From positions 780,001 to 812,000 of the forward strand of contig NC_007484.1 of the NCBI RefSeq assembly GCF_000012805.1: DNA of 32,000 nucleotides, given 5' to 3'. A program made the position numbers and the translations under genes. This DNA comes from Nitrosococcus oceani ATCC 19707 (GTDB taxonomy: Bacteria > Pseudomonadota > Gammaproteobacteria > Nitrosococcales > Nitrosococcaceae). Below, one piece after another: positions 7,545-16,105 of the stretch (within the stretch, counting starts at the first letter, position 1; the number at the start of each line of letters is the position of its first letter). Below the pieces are notes generated by a model. It did no database searches. It was not told the DNA's origin and saw nothing but the letters and a program-made list of their open reading frames with translations.

Positions 7545-8884
7545 AGCTGTGGCAAGTATTGAGTGGAAGCATGGGTATGGTCATGGCTGCTCTGGTTTTT
7601 GCCGAAGAAGGACCATTGCCCTCTTCTCCGGAGTCTCCTCTGCTCAGTTATCAGCTGGCGGTAGAGGGGTTGCCCCCCAGGGCTCCCCTCCCTATCTGGA
7701 AAAGTACCCCGGTCATAGTTGATAGCAATGGGGATGGTTTCTTAGACCTAGCCGCTATCTCCCGGGTGGGTGACGGGGCTCAGGTGTGGCTCGGGGATGG
7801 AAAGGGCCGGTGGCAAGATTCTTCCCAGGGGCTGGGTCCTGCCGATTCTTGCGGTGGGGGGGTGGCCTTTGGCGATATTAACCGGGATGGCATGCTTGAT
7901 TTGGCGGTAGCGGATCATTGTGGCGGGGTATTCGTGTATTTGGGGAACGGTAAAGGGGAGTGGACAGCCAGCACCGAAAGACTAAATCCAGCCCTGTCGC
8001 ACCAGATAAATCTGGAAGAGGAGGGGGAAAATACCCTGACCGGGGCTGAGGATTTAGCCCTGGGGGATGTTAATGAGGATGGTTTTTTAGACTTGGTAGT
8101 AGCCGCTTCCGATGAAGGCGGATTTGCAGTGTACCTAGGAGATGGCAGCGGTAAATCCTGGCAAGAAAGTGACGCCGAGGGTCTGCCTACTGTTAAGCAC
8201 CTAGGACCGGGAGCCGAGGAAAATGGCGGTTGGGCCAACCAGGTGCAGTTACTGGATATAGATGGGGATGGGCATTTAGATGTGGTGGCCAACTATTATT
8301 TAGGACCCTGGGTCTGGCGGGGTAATGGCAAAGGGCAGTGGGAGGATTCTTCGGAAGGATTGCCCCGGCCTATGATCGGAGGGCTTTTCCGCGGTCTGGC
8401 GGTGGGCGATATCAATGAAGATGGCCGTCTGGATTTGGCGGTGGCTAACAGCATCAATGGCCCCGAGGTTTTTCTGCAAACTCAGAAAGGATCGTGGCAG
8501 CGAACCCCCGATGTCATGCCCTCCATGCTCGGCGGAGCGGAAGGCATTGCCCTAGGGGATTTAGACCGGGACGGTCATCTGGATTTAGTGGTAGGGGGGC
8601 GTTTGGAAACAAAGGGAACCGGCTACGGGCTGTTTATCCTGCGGGGTGACGGCAAGGGTGGCTGGACCAAGCTTCAAGACACGAGTCTTCCCGCCTCCGG
8701 GTTGCCCTTTACCTGGGGTATCACCACGGCCGATGTGAATGGCGATCAGTGGCTGGATTTTGCCGTAGGTACCGGAGGGGCGGTGGATGGCACCAAAGAT
8801 CCTGTACGGGATGAGAGCGCCTTGCCCCAGTTACAGGTTTGGTTGCACCAAGCCCCCTCGCAAGAAGATCAGGCGAGCCAATAG
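7541..8884 (+). CDS. secreted FG-GAP/VCBS-repeat beta-propeller protein
   Basis: Signal-like N-terminus 'MKLWQVLSGSMGMVMAALVFA'. At least six Ca-binding-type FG-GAP repeats ('GDINRDGMLDLAVAD', 'GDVNEDGFLDLVVAA', 'LDIDGDGHLDVVAN', 'GDINEDGRLDLAVAN', 'GDLDRDGHLDLVVGG', 'ADVNGDQWLDFAVG'). Start moved from 7481 to 7541 because of the ATGA coupling and signal peptide. Confidence 0.8.
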   Translation: MKLWQVLSGSMGMVMAALVFAEEGPLPSSPESPLLSYQLAVEGLPPRAPLPIWKSTPVIVDSNGDGFLDLAAISRVGDGAQVWLGDGKGRWQDSSQGLGPADSCGGGVAFGDINRDGMLDLAVADHCGGVFVYLGNGKGEWTASTERLNPALSHQINLEEEGENTLTGAEDLALGDVNEDGFLDLVVAASDEGGFAVYLGDGSGKSWQESDAEGLPTVKHLGPGAEENGGWANQVQLLDIDGDGHLDVVANYYLGPWVWRGNGKGQWEDSSEGLPRPMIGGLFRGLAVGDINEDGRLDLAVANSINGPEVFLQTQKGSWQRTPDVMPSMLGGAEGIALGDLDRDGHLDLVVGGRLETKGTGYGLFILRGDGKGGWTKLQDTSLPASGLPFTWGITTADVNGDQWLDFAVGTGGAVDGTKDPVRDESALPQLQVWLHQAPSQEDQASQ

Positions 8885-8895
8885 GGCGGGAAGTT

Positions 8896-10899
8896 CTAGG
8901 ACTCAAACCCATCGGCGAAGATGATATCCGGCAAAGTGCCGGTAATAGTGAAATCGGTATCGGAGATATCGAAGAAAATATTATCCGCGCATGCCACCTT
9001 GAGGCGGGCCTGGGTGGTGGCTTTATCCGGCACGGTGATCACCGCCTTGCCATTATTGGCGGTGGTGGTAAGGATCTCGGAAAAATTATTGCCGCCGTTG
9101 ATGGACAGCAGGATATGGACCTGGGCGCAGTTCACCGGTGGGAGATCGGTATTGGTTACTTCCCAAATCACCAGCTTGGAGGTGTTGCTGGCCCAGGTGA
9201 CCGGACTGTTAGGCTCGGTCACCCTAAAAGGGCCGGCAAGGTCCGTGACCTGCAAGGTAACCTCATCATAATCCACGCCGCCGCCCCCCGCCCGATTGTC
9301 CCGGGCCGTGAACCGGAAGGTGAGATCACGGGTCTCGGCGGGTAACTGTTCTCCCACGGTAGATGTATTGTTCAGCAGATCCGAGAGCTGGGGAAAAGTC
9401 CGGGAAGGATCGCCGGTAGGGGGAAAGGAACGGAAAAGGGGCTTATTGCCATCTCTCTCTAGATCAAATTCCTCCCAATTATAGGTAAGGGGATCCCCAT
9501 CGGGATCGATGGCCTCCCCGGTAAGGGTAAAGGGGGTTTCCAGGGGAAGCGTGTAGCTTGGCCCCGCATCCACGTTGATGGGCGCCTGGTTCAAGGTGCT
9601 GATGATGGCCGGACAGCTGCTTTGGGTGGTGTAGTCCACGATTTGGTCGAAGCTGTGACCATGAAAATAAGGGTCGGTATGGGGTTGCAGGTTCTGTTCA
9701 CCACAGATGCCCGCATAGGACATGATGGTGGAACCACTGCCCGGTTCATAGGCGTCATTAGGTTTCCTACGGGTTCCGCAAAAGCCTGCGGTGCCATTAA
9801 AGGTGTGGTGAGCGCCAAATTGGTGGCCGATTTCATGGGCCACGAAATCCACATCAAAGGGATCGCCCATGGGATGAGACGATCCGGTGACCCCCTTGGC
9901 CTTATCGCCTGCTTGGCAGACCGTGGCGGGTACCGCGGCTCCGCCGCCCCCGGTACTGAACACATGGCCGATATGGTAGTTGTCGTTGCCAATCTCATTA
10001 TCCAGATTCATTTGATTTTCAGTTAGCATCGTTCTGCCGTTTTCATTGGTGTAGGGATCGGTCTGGGGATCGGTATAAATAATGGCAGGATTATCTTCCA
10101 CCAGCTGAAACCGCACCGCCACTTCCCGCTCATAGATAAAGTCAACCCGGGTAAGGGTGGTTACGATGGCAGCCATGGCCTGGGCAACCGTGCCTCCTTG
10201 GAATTGGGTATACTCGCCGGTGGCGGCGATGGCGATGCGGTAGGTGCGCAGCTCGTTGCCGGAAGATCGTAGGGCCAGGGAGGAGGGGCGAAAGTCCAGG
10301 GTGTCCGCGGGGGATTCCGTTTCCTCCACCTGACACGCCCGCTTCTTGGGTTGGGCCGGCTTGAAGTCCCGCTTGAAATAACTGCGGTAAAGTTCCGGCA
10401 GGCCATTTTGAGTCGGGGAGTCCGGGTCGATATACACCGTCCCCTCGCTGGAATGGAAAATAGCGTGGAACCCCTTGGGAGTCAGGTCAAACCGGGCCGT
10501 GCCCTGGGGATCATCCAGGCTGATGCCCCGGTAGGTTTTAATTTCGGGAAACTTGGCGGCCAGGGCCGGGGCCATGACCGGGGATTCCTCGATGAGAAAA
10601 CGCTGAAACCCCCCATTCGGCATGGGAATGGAGAGGACAATGTCCGCGCCGGGGCGCTCCTCGAAGGGCGCTTGGCCCAGAGTCCGTTCTAGGGCGGTAA
10701 TATCGACCCGCAGCAGGCGATAGTAGCTTTCGGGCGCTGCTTGGCCCCGTCGGGCGATAGCAGGGGGGGCGACATCTTCCCAAAGGGAGTCTGGGGAAGA
10801 GGCGGCTTGTCCCTCCATTGAAATGGTCATACAGGCCATGAACGCTATCATGGCCTGTGTAAGCCTAATAGGCTTTATTTTTCCAAGCAGTTTCTTCAT
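8896..10899 (-). CDS. secreted zinc metalloprotease, metzincin (reprolysin/M12B-like)
   Basis: 667 aa with N-terminal signal/hydrophobic segment 'AMIAFMACMTISMEGQAA'. Metzincin motif 'HEIGHQFGAHH' (HExxHxxGxxH) followed by a Met-turn-like 'STIMSY'. Beta-rich C-terminal domains. Confidence 0.8.
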   Translation of the reverse strand: MKKLLGKIKPIRLTQAMIAFMACMTISMEGQAASSPDSLWEDVAPPAIARRGQAAPESYYRLLRVDITALERTLGQAPFEERPGADIVLSIPMPNGGFQRFLIEESPVMAPALAAKFPEIKTYRGISLDDPQGTARFDLTPKGFHAIFHSSEGTVYIDPDSPTQNGLPELYRSYFKRDFKPAQPKKRACQVEETESPADTLDFRPSSLALRSSGNELRTYRIAIAATGEYTQFQGGTVAQAMAAIVTTLTRVDFIYEREVAVRFQLVEDNPAIIYTDPQTDPYTNENGRTMLTENQMNLDNEIGNDNYHIGHVFSTGGGGAAVPATVCQAGDKAKGVTGSSHPMGDPFDVDFVAHEIGHQFGAHHTFNGTAGFCGTRRKPNDAYEPGSGSTIMSYAGICGEQNLQPHTDPYFHGHSFDQIVDYTTQSSCPAIISTLNQAPINVDAGPSYTLPLETPFTLTGEAIDPDGDPLTYNWEEFDLERDGNKPLFRSFPPTGDPSRTFPQLSDLLNNTSTVGEQLPAETRDLTFRFTARDNRAGGGGVDYDEVTLQVTDLAGPFRVTEPNSPVTWASNTSKLVIWEVTNTDLPPVNCAQVHILLSINGGNNFSEILTTTANNGKAVITVPDKATTQARLKVACADNIFFDISDTDFTITGTLPDIIFADGFES

Positions 10900-10932
10900 A
10901 AATGTCTTTGTGTGGTCGTGCCGCCTTCTTGC

Positions 10933-11418
10933 TTATTCTTCAATCTCTTTCGGGTTACCCTTCTCTTCCTGGGAAGAGGTGGGGGGAGCTTGCTGCAGGG
11001 GGGGAGGTTTCCGCTCTTCAGTGGATATTCCTGCTGCTTCTCCATCGGGCAAAACCCGAATCTCGGCTATTTTTGGGGGGGAGTCCCGATCCTTGGCCGG
11101 GAGGGGTTCTTGGTAAGTGAGAATATAATTCCTTCCCCTCAGGAGTAGTTTTAGGCCCTCGGCTAAGGGAAAATCGTCAAAAGATAGGGGGATTGTCTCG
11201 GCAGCCACGGAGTCGGAGACATGAATTTTAATATCCGTTTGCCGCTCTAGTTCTGCTAATACTTCTCCCAGCAACGCTCCCTCTCCCTGGAAACTGACCA
11301 AATTATCCTTTACGGATAGCTTGAAGGAGGCGCCGGGAAGATTTTGGGCGGATATTCCCCCGCTTGCAAGTAACACCAGGATTCCGAAAGAACCACAAAG
11401 TAAATTTTTTATTTTCAT
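10933..11418 (-). CDS. small secreted protein, possible STN-like fold, Pro/Glu-rich tail
   Basis: Start chosen at 'MKIKNLLCGSFGILVLLASGGISA|QN' (ATG 11418), not ORF-track 11526. It lies 33 nt upstream of the protease gene on the same strand, so probably in one operon. The domain guess is weak, based on an 'ALLGEVLAELERQTDIKIHV...LAEGLKLLL' pattern. Confidence 0.55.
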   Translation of the reverse strand: MKIKNLLCGSFGILVLLASGGISAQNLPGASFKLSVKDNLVSFQGEGALLGEVLAELERQTDIKIHVSDSVAAETIPLSFDDFPLAEGLKLLLRGRNYILTYQEPLPAKDRDSPPKIAEIRVLPDGEAAGISTEERKPPPLQQAPPTSSQEEKGNPKEIEE

Positions 11419-11579
11419 TGGCTTACCATTATTCTGGCGATATTTAAAGGATATCCTGGGGAAGCTTTTTATATACAGCTTCCACAAAAAAAACTGCGGC
11501 TTGATGTTGTTAGGATATTCCCCCATTATACTTTCTTTTTTTAGCCGGCATACGGAAATCGAGGCAGTACGCCACCATT

Positions 11580-12425
11580 ATGCTTTCGACTTTAACTAAT
11601 ATTATCGCCCGTCAGGATCTCCTTAAATCCTTGACCCTGAGCGAGTTGCAGTCTTCCACGGCCCAAATGCGGCTCGGCTGGTTATGGTGGCTGCTGGACC
11701 CTTTGCTGTTGATGGGGGTATATTGGGGAGTAATGGTGATCATCCTTGGCCGGGGGAATATTCGTTACGAACCCTACTGGATTTTCCTCTTCTGCGGCCT
11801 GATCGCCTGGAAGCATTTTGCGGAGAGCGCCGCCAAGGCTACCAATGTGCTCAGCGCCAAGGATCATCTTATTAAGTCGGTACCCTTTCCTACCATTATT
11901 TTGCCGATCGCCGTTGTGTTTTCGAGTTTTGGTTTTTTTTTATTCGGCATGGGGGTGCTCCTGGTTTTTGCCCTAGGCGCCGCTTTATCCGGCGCGTTAG
12001 TCCAGCATAGCGGTGATCTGCTTCCGCTGCTTCAACTCCCAGGCTTGATGGCGTTGCAGTTGCTCATTGTCACGGGGATTGCCCTGCCCCTGGCGTGCGT
12101 AGGGGCCTTGGTCCGGGATCTTTCCCCCTTTATCAACCACTTTCTTAGAATGGCCTATTACCTGTCGCCAGGGCTCTATGGTATCGACCTTATCCAGCGC
12201 CTTTTGACAGCCGAGTTCGGTTCCGAGTGGGGTAGTAAGCTATTCAACCTCTACATGCTCAATCCCTTTGCTATCCTGATTAGCGGTTACCGGGACAGTA
12301 TTTTTTATGGGGAGTTCATGCCGCTTTATTTTTGGCTCATACTTTTTCTGGAAGCCGGGATTTTACTCTTTGTGGGATATCGTATTTATCTTTATTATGA
12401 CCGCCGTGTCATCAAGTTTCTCTAG
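11580..12425 (+). CDS. wzm: ABC-2 type polysaccharide export permease (Wzm/TagG/KpsM type)
   Basis: 281 aa with about six TM helices. N-terminal 'LTLSELQSSTAQMRLGWLWWLLDPLL' resembles the ABC-2 permease signature region. Immediately followed by, and overlapping, an ABC ATPase gene. Confidence 0.75.
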   Translation: MLSTLTNIIARQDLLKSLTLSELQSSTAQMRLGWLWWLLDPLLLMGVYWGVMVIILGRGNIRYEPYWIFLFCGLIAWKHFAESAAKATNVLSAKDHLIKSVPFPTIILPIAVVFSSFGFFLFGMGVLLVFALGAALSGALVQHSGDLLPLLQLPGLMALQLLIVTGIALPLACVGALVRDLSPFINHFLRMAYYLSPGLYGIDLIQRLLTAEFGSEWGSKLFNLYMLNPFAILISGYRDSIFYGEFMPLYFWLILFLEAGILLFVGYRIYLYYDRRVIKFL

Positions 12426-13285
12426 TGAGTGAAGAATCTATAAGGCACGCTATGACTGGGGATTATCTTGCTATGACCGAGGAGGCTCGGGAGAAAGCTT
12501 CGGCACCGAGCCGACCGCGTCCCGTAAGTCCGCCCTTAATTGAGGTCCGCAACCTCAAACTCTGGTACCAACTGCAACAGCATAAACGCCGCTCGGTTAA
12601 AGAGGTTCTACTGTCTCCCCGCAAGGGATCAGCGCAGGTTCATTGGGCGTTGAATGGGGTGAGTTTCCAGTGCCATGAAGGGGAGGCGCTAGGGATCGTG
12701 GGCCACAATGGTGCGGGCAAGAGCACCTTGTGTCTGGTTTTGGCGGGCATCTTGACGCCGGATACCGGGACGGTCCAAGTTCGTGGTGAAGTGACGCCGC
12801 TGCTAAATTTTGGCGCCGGTTTTAACCGGGAGCTGACTGGTCGGACCAATGCCTATCTCTACGCCTCGTTTCTGGGCATTCCCCACCGGGTGGTGGATCG
12901 CCGTCTGGATGATATTATTGCCTTTTCGGAGCTGGGCAATTTTATCGATCAGCCCATGCGCAGTTACTCGGCAGGGATGAAGGCCCGGCTCGGTTTTTCC
13001 GTAGCCTCTATTTTGGACCCAAAAATCATGATCTTGGATGAGTCGCTGGCTCCTGGGGATTTGGCTTTTAAAGCCAAAAGCCGGACCCGGATGATGGAAA
13101 TGATTCAGCACAGCCAACTGCTGATCGTGGTTTCCCATTCTTGCGCCTTGCTGCGGCAAATTTGCACCCATTGCCTATGGTTGGACCATGGCCAGACCCG
13201 GCTGTTTGGGGAGGTCCATCAGGTGCTGGATGCTTACGAAGAAGCCATGGGAGGAGAGGAAATCCTTGATCTTGACGAACCATAA
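12425..13285 (+). CDS. wzt: polysaccharide export ABC transporter ATP-binding protein (Wzt/TagH type, no C-terminal carbohydrate-binding domain)
   Basis: Walker A 'GHNGAGKST', ABC signature 'YSAGMKARL', Walker B 'IMILDE'. The GTG start overlaps the wzm stop by 1 nt (TAGTG). At 286 aa it has an NBD plus a ~60-aa N-terminal extension only. Confidence 0.8.
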   Translation: MSEESIRHAMTGDYLAMTEEAREKASAPSRPRPVSPPLIEVRNLKLWYQLQQHKRRSVKEVLLSPRKGSAQVHWALNGVSFQCHEGEALGIVGHNGAGKSTLCLVLAGILTPDTGTVQVRGEVTPLLNFGAGFNRELTGRTNAYLYASFLGIPHRVVDRRLDDIIAFSELGNFIDQPMRSYSAGMKARLGFSVASILDPKIMILDESLAPGDLAFKAKSRTRMMEMIQHSQLLIVVSHSCALLRQICTHCLWLDHGQTRLFGEVHQVLDAYEEAMGGEEILDLDEP

Positions 13286-13300
13286 CCACACAGCAGCTTT

Positions 13301-14587
13301 ATGAATCTGGCCGCTCACGAAATCTTGGTAGATACCTATAACCTTCGGTTGCCCCAGGGCTCTGGGATTAAGACCTATGGGCTTTCCTTGCTCAATGCCT
13401 TGAGCCAGTGCCAGGCCCAGGTTTCCTTGCTGACGGATCGGTATATGCCTAAAAGCCGCTACCCGATTCTGGATGAAGTACATCTATTTGATCAGGCCAT
13501 GGACCACGCTCCTCGCCATCCCCGGCTTTGGCGGGGACTGCGGATGCTCTCCCATGCAGGTCGTACCCTGAGGGCAACGCCGGTGGATATTTCCCGGGTT
13601 ATTCCCCTGGAAGGCTTGGGCGGGACTTCTATCCATCGCTGTTATAATTCGCCTCAGCTTTATGAGATGGCCAACCAAACCTATCTGCGGTTGGGTAGAT
13701 TGACTCGGGTCAAATTTCCGCGGCCGCCTGCCCTTTGGCATGCTACTACGCCGCTGCCCATCCGTATTCGGGGTGCCCGGATGGTCACCACTGTTCATGA
13801 TTTAATTCCCTTGCGCCTGCCTTATACTACGTTGGATAACAAGCAATTTTTCTACCGGCTGGTGCGGGATGCACTGCGGGATTCGGATCTAGTGCTCACC
13901 GTTTCCGAATGCTCTAAACGGGATATTCTCGCTTTTTATGATATTCCTGAAGAGCGGGTTGTTGTGACCTATCAGTCCTTGTCCCTGAAGAAGGCCAGCA
14001 CTCATCAAAGGCAGTCTTTTTCTGTACTAAAGAGTTACGGGCTGACACCGGGCCAATATGTGCTATTCGTGGGAAATATTGAGCCTAAAAAAAATCTGGC
14101 GACTTTAATCAAGGCCATGAGCATGCTTCAGCATGATCTCCCTCTGGTAGTGGTAGGCCGAAAAGCTTGGCTCTGGGAAGAGCAACTCCAGATGGCCAAG
14201 CGCTACTTTGGCAGTAATGAAGCCAAGCGCCTGCGAATACTGGATTATGTGCCTTCCACCGTTTTAAGCACCCTTTATAGCCATGCTCTCTGCATGGCCT
14301 TCCCTTCTCTCTATGAAGGTTTCGGGCTGCCCGCCCTGGAGGCCATGAGCCATGGTTGCCCAGTCATTTCCTCCAATGCGAGCTCATTACCAGAAGTATG
14401 TGGCGAGGCTGCTCTTTATATGGACCCCCATGACTCCGATGGGCTTTATGCCCATATCGAATCGCTGTTGGAAGATGTTTGTTTAAGGGCACGTCTGATT
14501 GAAGGGGGTTACCGCCGGGTCGAGTATTTCAGCCCGGAACGTTATGCTGAGCGTCTCTCTACGGCCTATAGCCAGATCCTGGCCTGA
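13301..14587 (+). CDS. GT4-family (GT-B, group 1) glycosyltransferase
   Basis: C-terminal 'FPSLYEGFGLPALEAMSHGCPVISSNASSLPEV' is a classic EX7E-region group-1 motif. Confidence 0.8.
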   Translation: MNLAAHEILVDTYNLRLPQGSGIKTYGLSLLNALSQCQAQVSLLTDRYMPKSRYPILDEVHLFDQAMDHAPRHPRLWRGLRMLSHAGRTLRATPVDISRVIPLEGLGGTSIHRCYNSPQLYEMANQTYLRLGRLTRVKFPRPPALWHATTPLPIRIRGARMVTTVHDLIPLRLPYTTLDNKQFFYRLVRDALRDSDLVLTVSECSKRDILAFYDIPEERVVVTYQSLSLKKASTHQRQSFSVLKSYGLTPGQYVLFVGNIEPKKNLATLIKAMSMLQHDLPLVVVGRKAWLWEEQLQMAKRYFGSNEAKRLRILDYVPSTVLSTLYSHALCMAFPSLYEGFGLPALEAMSHGCPVISSNASSLPEVCGEAALYMDPHDSDGLYAHIESLLEDVCLRARLIEGGYRRVEYFSPERYAERLSTAYSQILA

Positions 14588-14615
14588 ACTTTCTAGCGAG
14601 TAGTAGGCGTTAGAG

Positions 14616-16103
14616 ATGTTACAGCCTCAAGACCGCTTGTATTTCATTCATATTCCCAAAACTGCCGGGACTACCCTGATTCCCCACCTGGATGCCCGCT
14701 TTCATGTGGATGAAATCTGTCCGGCGCAACTTTGGCCCCAGCTCTTGTTGCTTCCCCAGGAGACATTGCCCCGCTACCGCCTGTTTCGGGGACATTTTGG
14801 GGCCAAGGGACTGGATTGTTTTCTGCCGGAGCCGCCACTACGGATAACCATGCTGCGCCATCCCGTGCCCTTGGCTTTATCCACCTATCAATTTATTTTG
14901 CGGGAACCGGGCACCCATCTGCACCGTCTAGTAAAGTCCGGAAAAATGAGTTTTGCTGAGTTTTTACAGCACCCCAAAGCCCGCCTGGCGGTAACTAACA
15001 AGCAGGTGAGCAACCTGGGTTTCGAGCTGCGTTACCAACCAGGCAGGGGGCCGGCACTTTCTGCTGCCCGCGGCGCCAAGCAATGGGTGAATAGCCGCAA
15101 GGTGGTCTGCCCATCTCCGCAAGAGCGGCTTGAGGGAGCTCTTGCCGTCCTTCAGGAGTGCGTTTTTTTTGGCTTGGTGGAGCGTTTCGATGAGTCCATC
15201 GCCCTTTTGTCCTGGACCTTTGGCTGGCCTCCGGCGGGACCCGTGCAAAAATTAATGGTAGCGCCTCCGGCTTCCCGCCGGGGATCTGCCCTTTCTGCCT
15301 CCTTGGAGACGCAGATTCGCGCTTATAATCCGCTGGACCTGGCGCTCTATGAGGCGGCGGAAAAGCGATTTGAGGAGCGGCTAGCTGCCATGAGAGAGGA
15401 TTTGCAGCAATACGCAAGGGCGGGGGAGACGATGCCGGACTCCTTAATTGCTGATCCCCAGTTGCTCTATAAGTTACTGAAACGCCATTACCGATGTCAC
15501 CAGCCAAAGCAAGTCCGCCCGGCGGGCGCTTGTATTCGGATGACCTTTGCCGAGCCCTTGCCGGGAAGTGGCTGGCATCGCCGGGAGGAGGCACCCTCCG
15601 AGGGAATATTCTATCGTTGGACCGGCCCCGGCAGGGTGTCTACCCTGGCTTTCCCCTTGGGCGTTGCGGAAGATCTCGTAATAACTTTCCTGGTGCTAGA
15701 TGCGGCTTCCCGGACGATACTGGAAAGTCTGCAATTAACTGTCAACGGCCAGCCGGTGGCGCTTCGTTCCTTCGGTCGCGGTTCCCACTTCCCTCGGTAT
15801 TATCAGACTTTTGTGCCTCAGGATATTTTCTCCTCCAGAACTAGGCATATCCGGCTGGCCTTCCGGGTAGCCAAGACGGCGCATAGGGAACGCTTTTACT
15901 GGGACCCCCGCGCAGTGGGCGTCGCTATTGGCGGGGTGGAGCTCGCCCCCGCCCGGGAAGCCCCGCTGGAAGAAGTGCTTATGGCCCGGTTAAAGAAGCT
16001 CCGCCGCCCTATTTCATGGCGGCTCTGGCTGCTGCAAACCCCTTGGTTTGGCCCTCGGCTGAGAAAGTTGTATCTTTATCTGCGCGCTGTCTATTTTTCA
16101 TAG
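14616..16103 (+). CDS. sulfotransferase (family-2-like, HxPKTxGT type) with ~190-aa C-terminal extra domain
   Basis: N-terminal 5'-PSB-like 'FIHIPKTAGTT' and downstream 'ITMLRHPV'. The C-terminal part contains 'GSGWHRREE...FYRWTGP', shared with the ORF at 28135. Confidence 0.7.
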   Translation: MLQPQDRLYFIHIPKTAGTTLIPHLDARFHVDEICPAQLWPQLLLLPQETLPRYRLFRGHFGAKGLDCFLPEPPLRITMLRHPVPLALSTYQFILREPGTHLHRLVKSGKMSFAEFLQHPKARLAVTNKQVSNLGFELRYQPGRGPALSAARGAKQWVNSRKVVCPSPQERLEGALAVLQECVFFGLVERFDESIALLSWTFGWPPAGPVQKLMVAPPASRRGSALSASLETQIRAYNPLDLALYEAAEKRFEERLAAMREDLQQYARAGETMPDSLIADPQLLYKLLKRHYRCHQPKQVRPAGACIRMTFAEPLPGSGWHRREEAPSEGIFYRWTGPGRVSTLAFPLGVAEDLVITFLVLDAASRTILESLQLTVNGQPVALRSFGRGSHFPRYYQTFVPQDIFSSRTRHIRLAFRVAKTAHRERFYWDPRAVGVAIGGVELAPAREAPLEEVLMARLKKLRRPISWRLWLLQTPWFGPRLRKLYLYLRAVYFS

Positions 16104-16105
16104 CT

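Noticed and set aside
8839-10026. Several plus-strand ORFs (8839-9345, 8921-9271, 9622-10026) opposite the metalloprotease
   Set aside because: They are nested antisense to a 667-aa gene with an intact HExxHxxGxxH motif. They have no RBS and no recognisable motifs.
11460-11483. 7-bp inverted repeat GGAAGCT-N10-AGCTTCC in the wzm/protease divergent region
   Set aside because: It is short and AT-loop rich. It could be an operator, but a 7-bp dyad is expected by chance at this scale, so it is not reported as a feature.
14995-15594. 199-aa minus-strand ORF inside the sulfotransferase at 14616
   Set aside because: The product is Pro/Arg/Ala-rich with no start context. It is antisense to a gene with clear catalytic motifs, so it is an artefact of GC-rich sequence.
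16016-16105. Upstream extension of the sulfotransferase ORF, overlapping the previous gene by 88 nt
   Set aside because: ATG 16106 starts 3 nt after the upstream stop, just ahead of the 'RRTGST' P-loop. The extension 'MAALAAANPLVW...' is the alternate frame of the upstream gene's tail.
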